A program made the position numbers and the translations under genes. The notes beneath the pieces are model-generated. The model ran no database searches. It was not told where the DNA came from and saw only the letters and a program-made list of their open reading frames with translations. DNA of 64,000 bases from Chloroflexota bacterium (lineage in GTDB: Bacteria > Chloroflexota > Anaerolineae > B4-G1), in NCBI GenBank assembly GCA_034189605.1, contig JAXHUO010000001.1, forward strand, positions 133,976 to 197,975, read 5' to 3'. Shown here one piece after another: positions 8,575 to 16,249 of the stretch (the stretch's first letter is position 1; each line of letters opens with the position of its first letter).

Positions 8575-9915
8575 ATGAAACGTCTTACTCGCATTGGATT
8601 GCTCACGCTGGCTGTAGGTGTCGGAATGATCACCGTCATTCTAACGGCGACGGGGCTTTCCGCTATGGCTGCGGCCGGGGAGGTGGACCTCACACTGGAC
8701 GCGATGTCACCAGCGCACGTTGCGGCCGGCTCGACCTACGTGGTCAGAATTGGCTACTTTAACTTTGGCACAGAAGCGGTCCCAGATGCCTGGATGACGG
8801 CCACGTTGCCCATAGGAACCCAGTTTGTCAGTGCCACGAATCGCTGGGGGGTACCACTCCCGCCGGACACGGCCGATGGCAACGTGTTGGCCTGGTATTT
8901 TGTCAGTCCGTCCTGTCAGTGGCCGGCCGATGCATGCTGCGGCCACGTCTTGATCACCTTGCAGACGGACGAGACGTTGCCAGAAGGGGAACTGCTGACT
9001 ACCACGGCGACCATCGCCACGACTGGTGTGGAATCCGACACAACGAACAACACGATCAGCACGACCAGTGTGGTGTGCGACATGGCTGGCTCGACAAAGC
9101 AGGTTCAGGCACGTCACGTGATGCCAGGTGATGTGCTCACGTACACGATCACAATCAGCCGGGCACACCGATCTGATGGGGGAATGAACGGGCGATGGGT
9201 CGCTTTGACAGACACATTACCCTTCAGCCACCATGTGCGTTTCCTGGGCTGGGGCAGCACGCTGACAGGCACGGCGCACGATGGCCATAAACTGCAGTGG
9301 CAGGGTCAGGTGCGCGCCGGGCAGCCGCTCACGATCCAATACCGGCTGGGAGTAGAAGGTGTGGTTACTCCCGGCACGGTCGTCACCAACGTGGCCAGGC
9401 TCGGATGGGGAGAACAACATATGCAACTCGGACCGGTCACCACGGTGGTCACGCTGCCCCACGGCATGCTCGCACTAGGCGCAAACCAGGGTGGCCAGTT
9501 GCGCCATCAGTACGGCGTCACGCTCAGCGTTCCGGCTGGCGCTGTGACCGACACGACGCTCTTCCAGTTCAGCCCACTCTTCACAGACACACGACCGATC
9601 TCCAGCCCGCCTGGTGGCTTGCTGTTCGCGCACCGGGCCTTCGAGATGGCCGCCTCCCGCTTCGGCGAACCCGTAGGCCAATTCAACCGACCGCTCACGA
9701 TCACACTGAACTATACTGATACAGATGTGATTGGGCTGAAGCGCGAGACATTACGCCTGTGGACGCGCACCGGTCCAGAGGGCCCATGGGCGATGCTGGG
9801 CGAACCGGCCCGCGTGATGTCCGGGGCGCTGACCTTCACGACGACACATTTCACCCAGTTCGCGCTGTTTGGCGAGGCCAAATATCACACGCATCTGCCG
9901 CTTATCGTCCGATAG
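8575..9915 (+). CDS. Secreted/surface protein with DUF11-like repeats and a C-terminal HTHLPLIVR sorting motif
   Basis: RBS AAGGAG, signal peptide, PGDVLTYTI and NNT motifs, THFTQFALF, terminal LPL motif typical of Chloroflexota surface proteins. Confidence 0.75.
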   Translation: MKRLTRIGLLTLAVGVGMITVILTATGLSAMAAAGEVDLTLDAMSPAHVAAGSTYVVRIGYFNFGTEAVPDAWMTATLPIGTQFVSATNRWGVPLPPDTADGNVLAWYFVSPSCQWPADACCGHVLITLQTDETLPEGELLTTTATIATTGVESDTTNNTISTTSVVCDMAGSTKQVQARHVMPGDVLTYTITISRAHRSDGGMNGRWVALTDTLPFSHHVRFLGWGSTLTGTAHDGHKLQWQGQVRAGQPLTIQYRLGVEGVVTPGTVVTNVARLGWGEQHMQLGPVTTVVTLPHGMLALGANQGGQLRHQYGVTLSVPAGAVTDTTLFQFSPLFTDTRPISSPPGGLLFAHRAFEMAASRFGEPVGQFNRPLTITLNYTDTDVIGLKRETLRLWTRTGPEGPWAMLGEPARVMSGALTFTTTHFTQFALFGEAKYHTHLPLIVR

Positions 9916-9926
9916 AGCGGCATCCG

Positions 9927-9962
9927 TCCAAAGCGGCGCACCAAGAGGTGTGCCGCTTTGGA
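9927..9962. terminator. Hairpin between convergent genes
   Basis: tccaaagcggcgcacc-aaga-ggtgtgccgctttgga, a 16-bp stem. Confidence 0.65.
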
Positions 9963-9985
9963 CATTCCAGTTTTATCGTGATTCC

Positions 9986-10900
9986 TCATGCGCCCGCGGC
10001 TGTCTCCGGCGAGGTCACTGGGTGATAGTGAACGTGAACTCGGCGCATAGACTCGATGTGCTCAATCAGCGTGTGCTCTACCTGGGTGGCGATTTTGTCA
10101 CCTTCAGTCACACTCAGCGAACCATCCACACCGATGGTCACGTTGGCTGCCAGGTATGGCCCGAACCGGTGGGCGCGGATCTCCTCAACCTGTTGTACGC
10201 CCGGAATAGTGTCCAGCAATGTGGTGATTTGTTGAGCCAGTGTCTGGCCCGGTATGGTATCCATCAAATCTGCGGTTGACTCGCGCAGAATCTCGATGCC
10301 CGTGCGCAGGATGATCAGTGCGACCAGTGCCCCGGCCAATGGGTCAACCCAGGGAAAGCCCCTCCGACCAAAGAAGATGCCAATCGTCGCTGCCATGGCG
10401 GAGAATACGTCATTGCGGTGGTCATAGGCCAGCGCCAGCACAGCGGCGTTCCGCGTCTGTTGGCCTACATGCTGTGTCCAAATCGTCAATCCTAGTTTGA
10501 GTGCCACTGTGAACAATGCTATCCACAAAGCACCAATCGAGGCCCCACTAAAGCCGCCCTGTCCGATCAGCAGATCGTACACATTGTTGACTGCGTCCCA
10601 GAAGATGGCGATGGCGGTGGTCATCACAAACGAGCCCACGACCACTGCCGCGATGCTTTCCATCTGGCTATGGCCGTAGGGATGTTCTTCGTCGGGCGGC
10701 TTGCCGGCCAGCCGCATGAATACGCTGACCACGATTCCATAAGCCACGTCAGAGGTGGAGTTGACGCCGTCGGCGAGCAAGGCGGGACTGTGGCCCAGGA
10801 TGCCGACGCTCGTTTTTAACGCGGCCAGAAAGATGTTGGCGACCAGTCCGAGATTGACGGTCAGGATGCTTTTGTGCTTTCGTTCTTCTTCAGTGATCAC
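9986..10900 (-). CDS. Cation diffusion facilitator (FieF-like) metal transporter
   Basis: SPALLADG, HPYGH, DHRND and VHVHYHP motifs. Confidence 0.92.
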   Translation of the reverse strand: MITEEERKHKSILTVNLGLVANIFLAALKTSVGILGHSPALLADGVNSTSDVAYGIVVSVFMRLAGKPPDEEHPYGHSQMESIAAVVVGSFVMTTAIAIFWDAVNNVYDLLIGQGGFSGASIGALWIALFTVALKLGLTIWTQHVGQQTRNAAVLALAYDHRNDVFSAMAATIGIFFGRRGFPWVDPLAGALVALIILRTGIEILRESTADLMDTIPGQTLAQQITTLLDTIPGVQQVEEIRAHRFGPYLAANVTIGVDGSLSVTEGDKIATQVEHTLIEHIESMRRVHVHYHPVTSPETAAGA

Positions 10901-10951
10901 TGTGATGCCGCCTTTACCACTCTAGACTGCAAGCGGCAAGAGAATGCCTGG

Positions 10952-11218
10952 TTATGTTAATCCTGCCTCGCGCAATGCACCGCTCAGGCTTTCCTTGCTC
11001 GGCGCCAGCCCCACAAACTTGACCAGGTCGCCGATGACCAGCGCCGGAGCATTGCCGATGGCATATTTCTCCCATTCCTCGTCGCCGGGGCCGGTGTGGA
11101 AGACGATCTCTACCTGGTCGCCAAACTCGGCCTCGATTTCCTTCAGCAGTCGTTTGACTGCCACGCCACCGGAGCAGGGCGGCACCGACACGAATACCTC
11201 AATCCTCACTTTAGACAT
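10952..11218 (-). CDS. Small thioredoxin-fold protein, monothiol (PPCSGG)
   Basis: Thioredoxin-like fold with cis-Pro segment NAPALVI; only one Cys. Confidence 0.75.
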   Translation of the reverse strand: MSKVRIEVFVSVPPCSGGVAVKRLLKEIEAEFGDQVEIVFHTGPGDEEWEKYAIGNAPALVIGDLVKFVGLAPSKESLSGALREAGLT

Positions 11219-11475
11219 AGCCCCCCTTCCCGCAACGCATTGTTAAGCGTCGCTTCACTGGGACACATTCCCTCAATACGGATGCTCCCGTTGACCACCG
11301 CCGCCGGGACGCAAAAGAGTTTGTATTCCTCGAACTTTTCCATCCCCTCAGCGCCCTCGTAGATGGTGAGTTCCAACTCGTCTTTATACCTGGACGCGAC
11401 CCGCTGCGCCAGTTCGATGATGGCGACACAGCCCGGGCAGGGCGGATTGCCGCTAAAGACCTCTAGTTTGACCAT
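11206..11475 (-). CDS. Small thioredoxin-fold protein (CPGC)
   Basis: PPCPGC and CVPAAVVNG motifs. Confidence 0.82.
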   Translation of the reverse strand: MVKLEVFSGNPPCPGCVAIIELAQRVASRYKDELELTIYEGAEGMEKFEEYKLFCVPAAVVNGSIRIEGMCPSEATLNNALREGGLCLK

Positions 11476-11477
11476 TA

Positions 11478-11735
11478 TCACCCTCCCAGTCTTGCCTCAA
11501 TGATTGATACGAGTTTCCCAGATGGCACAACCTTACCTGTGCCGACTACATCTTCGCCGACGACGACCAGCGGCGTGGTCATCAGGCCGTATTGATCTGC
11601 CTCTGGTCCCAGCGCGTCGAGCTTGACCACCTCCACCTGGCCGGGGAACTGCTCCGCCGCTTTCTGGGCCTGTGCCTCGGCGCGCTTGCAGTTAGCACAT
11701 GGCGGCATAGTGCCAAAGACTTTGATCTGAATCAT
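11478..11735 (-). CDS. Small thioredoxin-fold protein (CANC)
   Basis: PPCANC and TTPLVVV motifs. Confidence 0.82.
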   Translation of the reverse strand: MIQIKVFGTMPPCANCKRAEAQAQKAAEQFPGQVEVVKLDALGPEADQYGLMTTPLVVVGEDVVGTGKVVPSGKLVSIIEARLGG

Positions 11736-11747
11736 AGGCCTTGCCTC

Positions 11748-11993
11748 CTACAAACCTTGCATTACTTGAATCCACTCTGCGATCTCTTCCTTGCGCGGAA
11801 TCCGGCCCGACGACTTGACATCTTCGTTGATCACCAGCGCTGGTGTGCTGGCGATGTCGTAAGCCATAATCTCACCCATCTTTTTGACCTTGGTGAAGGT
11901 CACTTTGACGCCCACCTCGCTGGCCGCCTCACGAGCCAGCCTTTCCAGACGCTCGCACTTGGAGCATCCACCGCCCAGAATCTTGATCTCCAT
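11748..11993 (-). CDS. Small redox-active disulfide protein 2 (MTH895-like, CSKC)
   Basis: MEIKILGGGCSKC...TPALVIN...GRIP signature. Confidence 0.88.
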   Translation of the reverse strand: MEIKILGGGCSKCERLERLAREAASEVGVKVTFTKVKKMGEIMAYDIASTPALVINEDVKSSGRIPRKEEIAEWIQVMQGL

Positions 11994-12125
11994 TTTAACC
12001 TCTCCCATATAGTCATGAGCAGCAACAAGACTTTACTGCTTCGATAGTAGCCGAAACCACAAAATCCTCGACTCTCATACCTGGAGCCCAGTCACGGATG
12101 AATGCTCGCTATGTGAAATCAGGTG

Positions 12126-13484
12126 CTAGCGCACAAACCAGCCAAAGATCAGCCCAGAAAGCGTGCTAAAGATCGTCACCAACACCACGTACACCGCCGT
12201 CTTTTTTCTGCCAATCACCGAATTGGTGATGAGGATAGATTGCAGGCTCAACTCTGGGTCGGCCAGCAGGTAGGCCAGTAGCGGCCCTCGGTGCATCCCT
12301 AGCGCAAGGAAGGTCTGCGCGATAGGCACCTCGACCAGGGTGGGGAAATACATGAACACGCCAAACAGCACGCCGACCAGGTTGGCCCACACCGTGTTGC
12401 GCCCGGCGATGGCCTCAATCCACGTCGCGGGGATGACAGCGCGCGCCATCCCGGCCAGAAATACACCTGCCAGAAGCAAGGGGATGATCTGTTTGACAAA
12501 GCGGTACATCTCCCATAACCAGTCCTGGACGTCGTAGGCGTCGAACTTTTTGGCCGCCATCCACCACACAGCCCCGATGAGTACGCTCTCAACAATCAGT
12601 TTGCCGGTGATGCCCACGCTCAAGCCGTCGGCGACCGGGGTGACCTTGAAAGAAGCCACGAGCAACGTCGCCGTGATCAGCCCCAGCGCCACGTAGGTCC
12701 AGGTGTTGAATCCCTCATCAACCTTGTTCAGCCCCAGCCAGGTGGTGACGGCGATGAGGATCAACAGGCCGATCAGGAACACGCCGTGGACACTGATGCC
12801 CTCAATGCCCAGGGCGGGATTCGGGGGCACGATGTTATTGAGCCAGCCCTGGAACGGTTCTGCCCACGCGCCGGGGAGTGTGAACGTCGCGTAACTGTTC
12901 TTCAGCACGGCTACCTGTAATGTGCCTGCGATCAGCACGCCCAGGAGTAGCGCGAAGAAAACCCACGTGCGGGCGTTCACCTTGGCGTCTTGAGCAAAGG
13001 CCCGACTGCTGTTGGTGGTCTTATCGTGGGCCTCGTCGTCCTGGCGGAAGAACCAGGCCATCAGCAGGCCGATGCCGATGCCAAAGATGATAGAGAGCAC
13101 GATCCGTGCCAGCGCGATATCCATCCCAATCTGCACGCCGGTGAAGGAAATAGCCAGGATATTGACCGCCGGCCCGACGAACAGGAATGTGATCGCCGGC
13201 CCCAACCCAGCGCCTTTCTTATAGATACTGGCAAAGAGCGGCATGATCGTGCACGAACAGACTGCCAGCACAAAGCCGCCCAGCGCCGACGCCGGGTAGG
13301 AAATCCATCTGGGTGCGCCCCGGCCCAGGTATTTTGTGATGGCCTCTTTGGGGATCAGCGCCGCAAGCGCCCCGGCGATGAAAAAGGAGGGCAGCAGGCA
13401 CAGCAGCACGTGGGCAGCCAGGTAGGCCGCCAGGCTGCCCAGACCGGTTTGTAGCAATGTTGTCAGGTATTGTACAATGTTCAA
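12126..13484 (-). CDS. ArsP/DUF318-family permease
   Basis: HVLLCLLP, LAVCSCTIMPLF, GAGLGPA and FMYFPTLVEVP motifs. Confidence 0.88.
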   Translation of the reverse strand: MNIVQYLTTLLQTGLGSLAAYLAAHVLLCLLPSFFIAGALAALIPKEAITKYLGRGAPRWISYPASALGGFVLAVCSCTIMPLFASIYKKGAGLGPAITFLFVGPAVNILAISFTGVQIGMDIALARIVLSIIFGIGIGLLMAWFFRQDDEAHDKTTNSSRAFAQDAKVNARTWVFFALLLGVLIAGTLQVAVLKNSYATFTLPGAWAEPFQGWLNNIVPPNPALGIEGISVHGVFLIGLLILIAVTTWLGLNKVDEGFNTWTYVALGLITATLLVASFKVTPVADGLSVGITGKLIVESVLIGAVWWMAAKKFDAYDVQDWLWEMYRFVKQIIPLLLAGVFLAGMARAVIPATWIEAIAGRNTVWANLVGVLFGVFMYFPTLVEVPIAQTFLALGMHRGPLLAYLLADPELSLQSILITNSVIGRKKTAVYVVLVTIFSTLSGLIFGWFVR

Positions 13485-13615
13485 CCTGCACCTCTATCTT
13501 TATACGTGGTTTGCATATTTACAGGCCCAGAACAAGGCCGCAGCAATGACTGCCACGGCCAGGTTTCACCTACACGAGCCAGAATCCTGCACCGATAGAA
13601 ATATGATGCTGGCAG

Positions 13616-13963
13616 TTACTCACACGACACCTCAGAACTGCAACAGGCACACCGGGGGCACGGGCAATCTGGAGGGTGCGTTCTCTCACCGGCCGGCCCC
13701 AGAGCGACCTCTAGCAACTGTATGATCTGCGGATCGTTTAACCGATAGTAGACGAGTTGACCCTCTTTGCGATCCACGACCACCCCAGCCTCCCGCAGTA
13801 CCCGCAACTGCTGAGAGACATAGGCCTGGGGCCGCCTCAGTACTGCCTGGAGATGACATACACACGCCTCGTCTCGCCGCAGTTCGTCCATGATGCGCAA
13901 TCGCGCCATGTGAGATAAAATCTGAAATAGTTGAACCGCTTGCCGGTATGCGTCTTGCTGCAT
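13616..13963 (-). CDS. ArsR/SmtB-family repressor with Cys-rich C-terminal tail
   Basis: CVCHL and VSQQLRVLREAG motifs; tail DCPCPRCACC...C. Confidence 0.9.
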   Translation of the reverse strand: MQQDAYRQAVQLFQILSHMARLRIMDELRRDEACVCHLQAVLRRPQAYVSQQLRVLREAGVVVDRKEGQLVYYRLNDPQIIQLLEVALGPAGERTHPPDCPCPRCACCSSEVSCE

Positions 13964-13978
13964 CTCATAACCTTCACT

Positions 13979-14014
13979 ATATGCAGTGTGACATATATAT
14001 GATATACTGCATAT
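13979..14014. promoter_or_regulatory. Putative ArsR operator, 36-bp imperfect palindrome
   Basis: atatgcagt-gtga-catatatatg-atat-actgcatat, immediately upstream of the arsR start. Confidence 0.7.
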
Positions 14015-14102
14015 TATATATTGGAAAGATACTTTTGTCAATATGGCAATCGTCACCAGGCAGGATGTGCACAATGTCATCTGACGATTTGCAGGGAAGC
14101 CA

Positions 14103-14234
14103 TTCTCATCCCGTCCTCATCACAAGCACGTCCTTCCCGACATCAAGCCCCGCCGCGTCCCTGTGCCGGAACCCGCGTTCACCGAATCTAACTTGCCCTT
14201 CTTGATCCGGGAGATTGAGCAACCAAAGCCCTGA
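14103..14234 (+). pseudogene. C-terminal remnant of a DUF6516/TumE-like protein
   Basis: Translates as RPHHKHVLPDIKPRRVPVPEPAFTESNLPFLIREIE*, with the PHHKH motif; in-frame stop upstream and no start codon. Confidence 0.5.
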
Positions 14235-14311
14235 CCACCAAGCTCTACATTCCCTCCGTCTGGCCTGGGTTCGTCTCGTGCCCGCGCCTGATTGAATGGT
14301 TGAACGTGGGC
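14231..14311 (+). pseudogene. N-terminal remnant of a MalT-like LuxR regulator
   Basis: LTTKLYIPSVWPGFVSCPRLIEWLNVG resembles the TKLYIP...RPRLIERL N-terminus of MalT-type regulators. Confidence 0.6.
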
Positions 14312-14439
14312 GGCAATGCCTCAGCGTGTTCCCTGGGCTGCCTTTCAGGTCTGATCGTATTCGGGGCGCGGCGAGCGAACATCATCCGCGAGCAGCGGGA
14401 GAATAGGGCCAAGGGGTCTCTTTATTGATGGCACTAGTG

Positions 14440-14594
14440 GCATTAACGGCACAATGGCACAGTGGCCGTTAATGCTCACCCTCCCGCAGGTTTTGACGAG
14501 TTTTCAATGCAAAAGCACATCCCAACGGCTATGCAAGCCTGCAAGTACAGCAAATCGTAACCTGCGGGAGGGTAGCCTGAGGTTGCTACTCAGG
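14440..14594. repeat. Cluster of inverted repeats (MITE-like element or structured RNA)
   Basis: gcattaacggc/gccgttaatgc hairpin; perfect 15-bp IR accctcccgcaggtt (14478-14492)/aacctgcgggagggt (14559-14573); cctgag/ctcagg hairpin. Confidence 0.6.
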
Positions 14595-14657
14595 TGCAAC
14601 GCACTTTTGCTTACTTGCGCCGTTGTGAGCGGCTACCGCGTTGAGCATTGGTAACGC

Positions 14658-15935
14658 TCACCTTTTCTTTGGGCGTGACTGCGCTGGTTTGCGTCTGGAT
14701 TGCCCTGGCGACTTGCGGTGGGCAGTATGGCTACTGCCCCGGCCGCGCTGGTGTGATTGCGTCTGTCGCGGCTGGTTTGAACGGCGCTGCTGGGAGTATC
14801 TTTCTGGCGCCAAGTTGCCATAGTCGAAATCGGGTACCCGTCGCCGTTCGATTTGTGTGCCCAGTACTTTTTCAATTGCGCGCACCATCTGGCTGTCTGC
14901 TTGGGCGACAAACGTGTAGGCTTCACCTGTTTGGTCAACACGACCGGTGCGCCCGATGCGGTGGATATAGGCATCAACCGTATTGGGCATGTCAAAGTTG
15001 ATCACGTGCGTGATGTGCGTCACGTCTATGCCACGCGCGGCAATGTCGGTGGCAACAAGGATATCATACTTGCCGTTGCGAAAGCCGTTGATCGCTTTCT
15101 GGCGCTGGTTTTGTGACATGTTGCCCTGCAACGCTGACACGTTGTACTTTTGTTTTGCCAGGTCGCGCGCCAGGTTGCGGGCACGATGTTTGGTGCGCGT
15201 AAAGATCAACACGCGTCCCGTATTTGTCTGCGACAACAAGGCCAACAAGAGCCTTTTCTTGAGGTTGTTAGGTACAGGGTAGAGCGCGTGTGAAACTGTC
15301 TTGGCCGGTGCGATCATACCGATCTGCACGGTGGTCGGAGCGTTGAGAATGTTATCCGCCAGTGTGCGAATATCCTTTGGCATAGTGGCCGAGAAAAAGA
15401 GCGTCTGGCGTTTTGCCGGCAGGCGCTTGATGATGCGGCGAATGTCGGGCAGGAACCCCATATCGCACATACGATCGGCTTCATCTAGCACCAGCACCTC
15501 AACGTGTGATAGATTGATGCTGCCATCGCTGAGAAGGTCGAGCAGGCGGCCTGGACAAGCGACGACGATCTCTGCGCCGCGCCGCAACGCTGCGATTTGG
15601 GGACCTTTGCTCACACCACCATAAATAGAGACGCTGTGTATTTTGGTGTTTTGGCCCAAATCTACACTTGCCTGGTAGGTTTGCTCGGCGAGTTCGCGCG
15701 TGGGTGCGATGATAAGGGCGCGTACCCGATGCGATGGGCCTCGTGTTAGCCGGTGCAGAATGGGCAGGAGAAAGGCTGCGGTTTTGCCGGTGCCGGTCTG
15801 TGCCAGTCCCAACACGTCGTGTCCTTTGAGCACAATGGGGATGGCTTGCTGCTGGATCGGGGTAGGTGTGGTATAACCGGCTGTCTTGATGGCGGCGGCA
15901 ATGCGCTGATCGAGGGAAAATTGTTTGAAATTCAC
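14658..15935 (-). CDS. rhlE: DEAD-box RNA helicase (RhlE-like)
   Basis: Q motif TPIQ, AQTGTGKT, PTRELA, DEAD, SAT, ARGID and HRIGRTGR motifs; basic C-terminal tail. Confidence 0.9.
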   Translation of the reverse strand: MNFKQFSLDQRIAAAIKTAGYTTPTPIQQQAIPIVLKGHDVLGLAQTGTGKTAAFLLPILHRLTRGPSHRVRALIIAPTRELAEQTYQASVDLGQNTKIHSVSIYGGVSKGPQIAALRRGAEIVVACPGRLLDLLSDGSINLSHVEVLVLDEADRMCDMGFLPDIRRIIKRLPAKRQTLFFSATMPKDIRTLADNILNAPTTVQIGMIAPAKTVSHALYPVPNNLKKRLLLALLSQTNTGRVLIFTRTKHRARNLARDLAKQKYNVSALQGNMSQNQRQKAINGFRNGKYDILVATDIAARGIDVTHITHVINFDMPNTVDAYIHRIGRTGRVDQTGEAYTFVAQADSQMVRAIEKVLGTQIERRRVPDFDYGNLAPERYSQQRRSNQPRQTQSHQRGRGSSHTAHRKSPGQSRRKPAQSRPKKR

Positions 15936-16142
15936 TGAGAATACTCCTTGACTTTTGAGCCAAGTCGCAATCTCAGCCCGATTCTTTTATAATGTTTTGC
16001 TGATTATGTAGCGAATCGCTTGAACAAGCGGTCTGGCCATTTCAGGGCGGTTACGCCAATGTTATATTTTTTGGCGAACTTGCGAGCCTAGCGGATTAGA
16101 GGGATAAAGATCCAAAACCCTACAATACGCCCAAACTGGCAC

Positions 16143-16170
16143 ATGATACAGTACATCTGCTATTTGTCAA
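16143..16170 (-). promoter_or_regulatory. Sigma70-type promoter for the helicase (TTGACA-N16-TATCAT), implying a 5' UTR of about 200 nt
   Basis: Reverse complement of atgatacagtacatctgctatttgtcaa. Confidence 0.6.
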
Positions 16171-16249
16171 GAATCCTGGAACAACACCCGCCCCTGCGAA
16201 AAGCCCGCTGGGCCGAACGTATTGACCTATCTGCAAAATCGGCTATAGA

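Noticed and set aside
10952-12008. Selenocysteine recoding in the thioredoxin cluster
   Set aside because: No in-frame TGA at the active-site positions; the monothiol site is TGC TCC GGT GGC.
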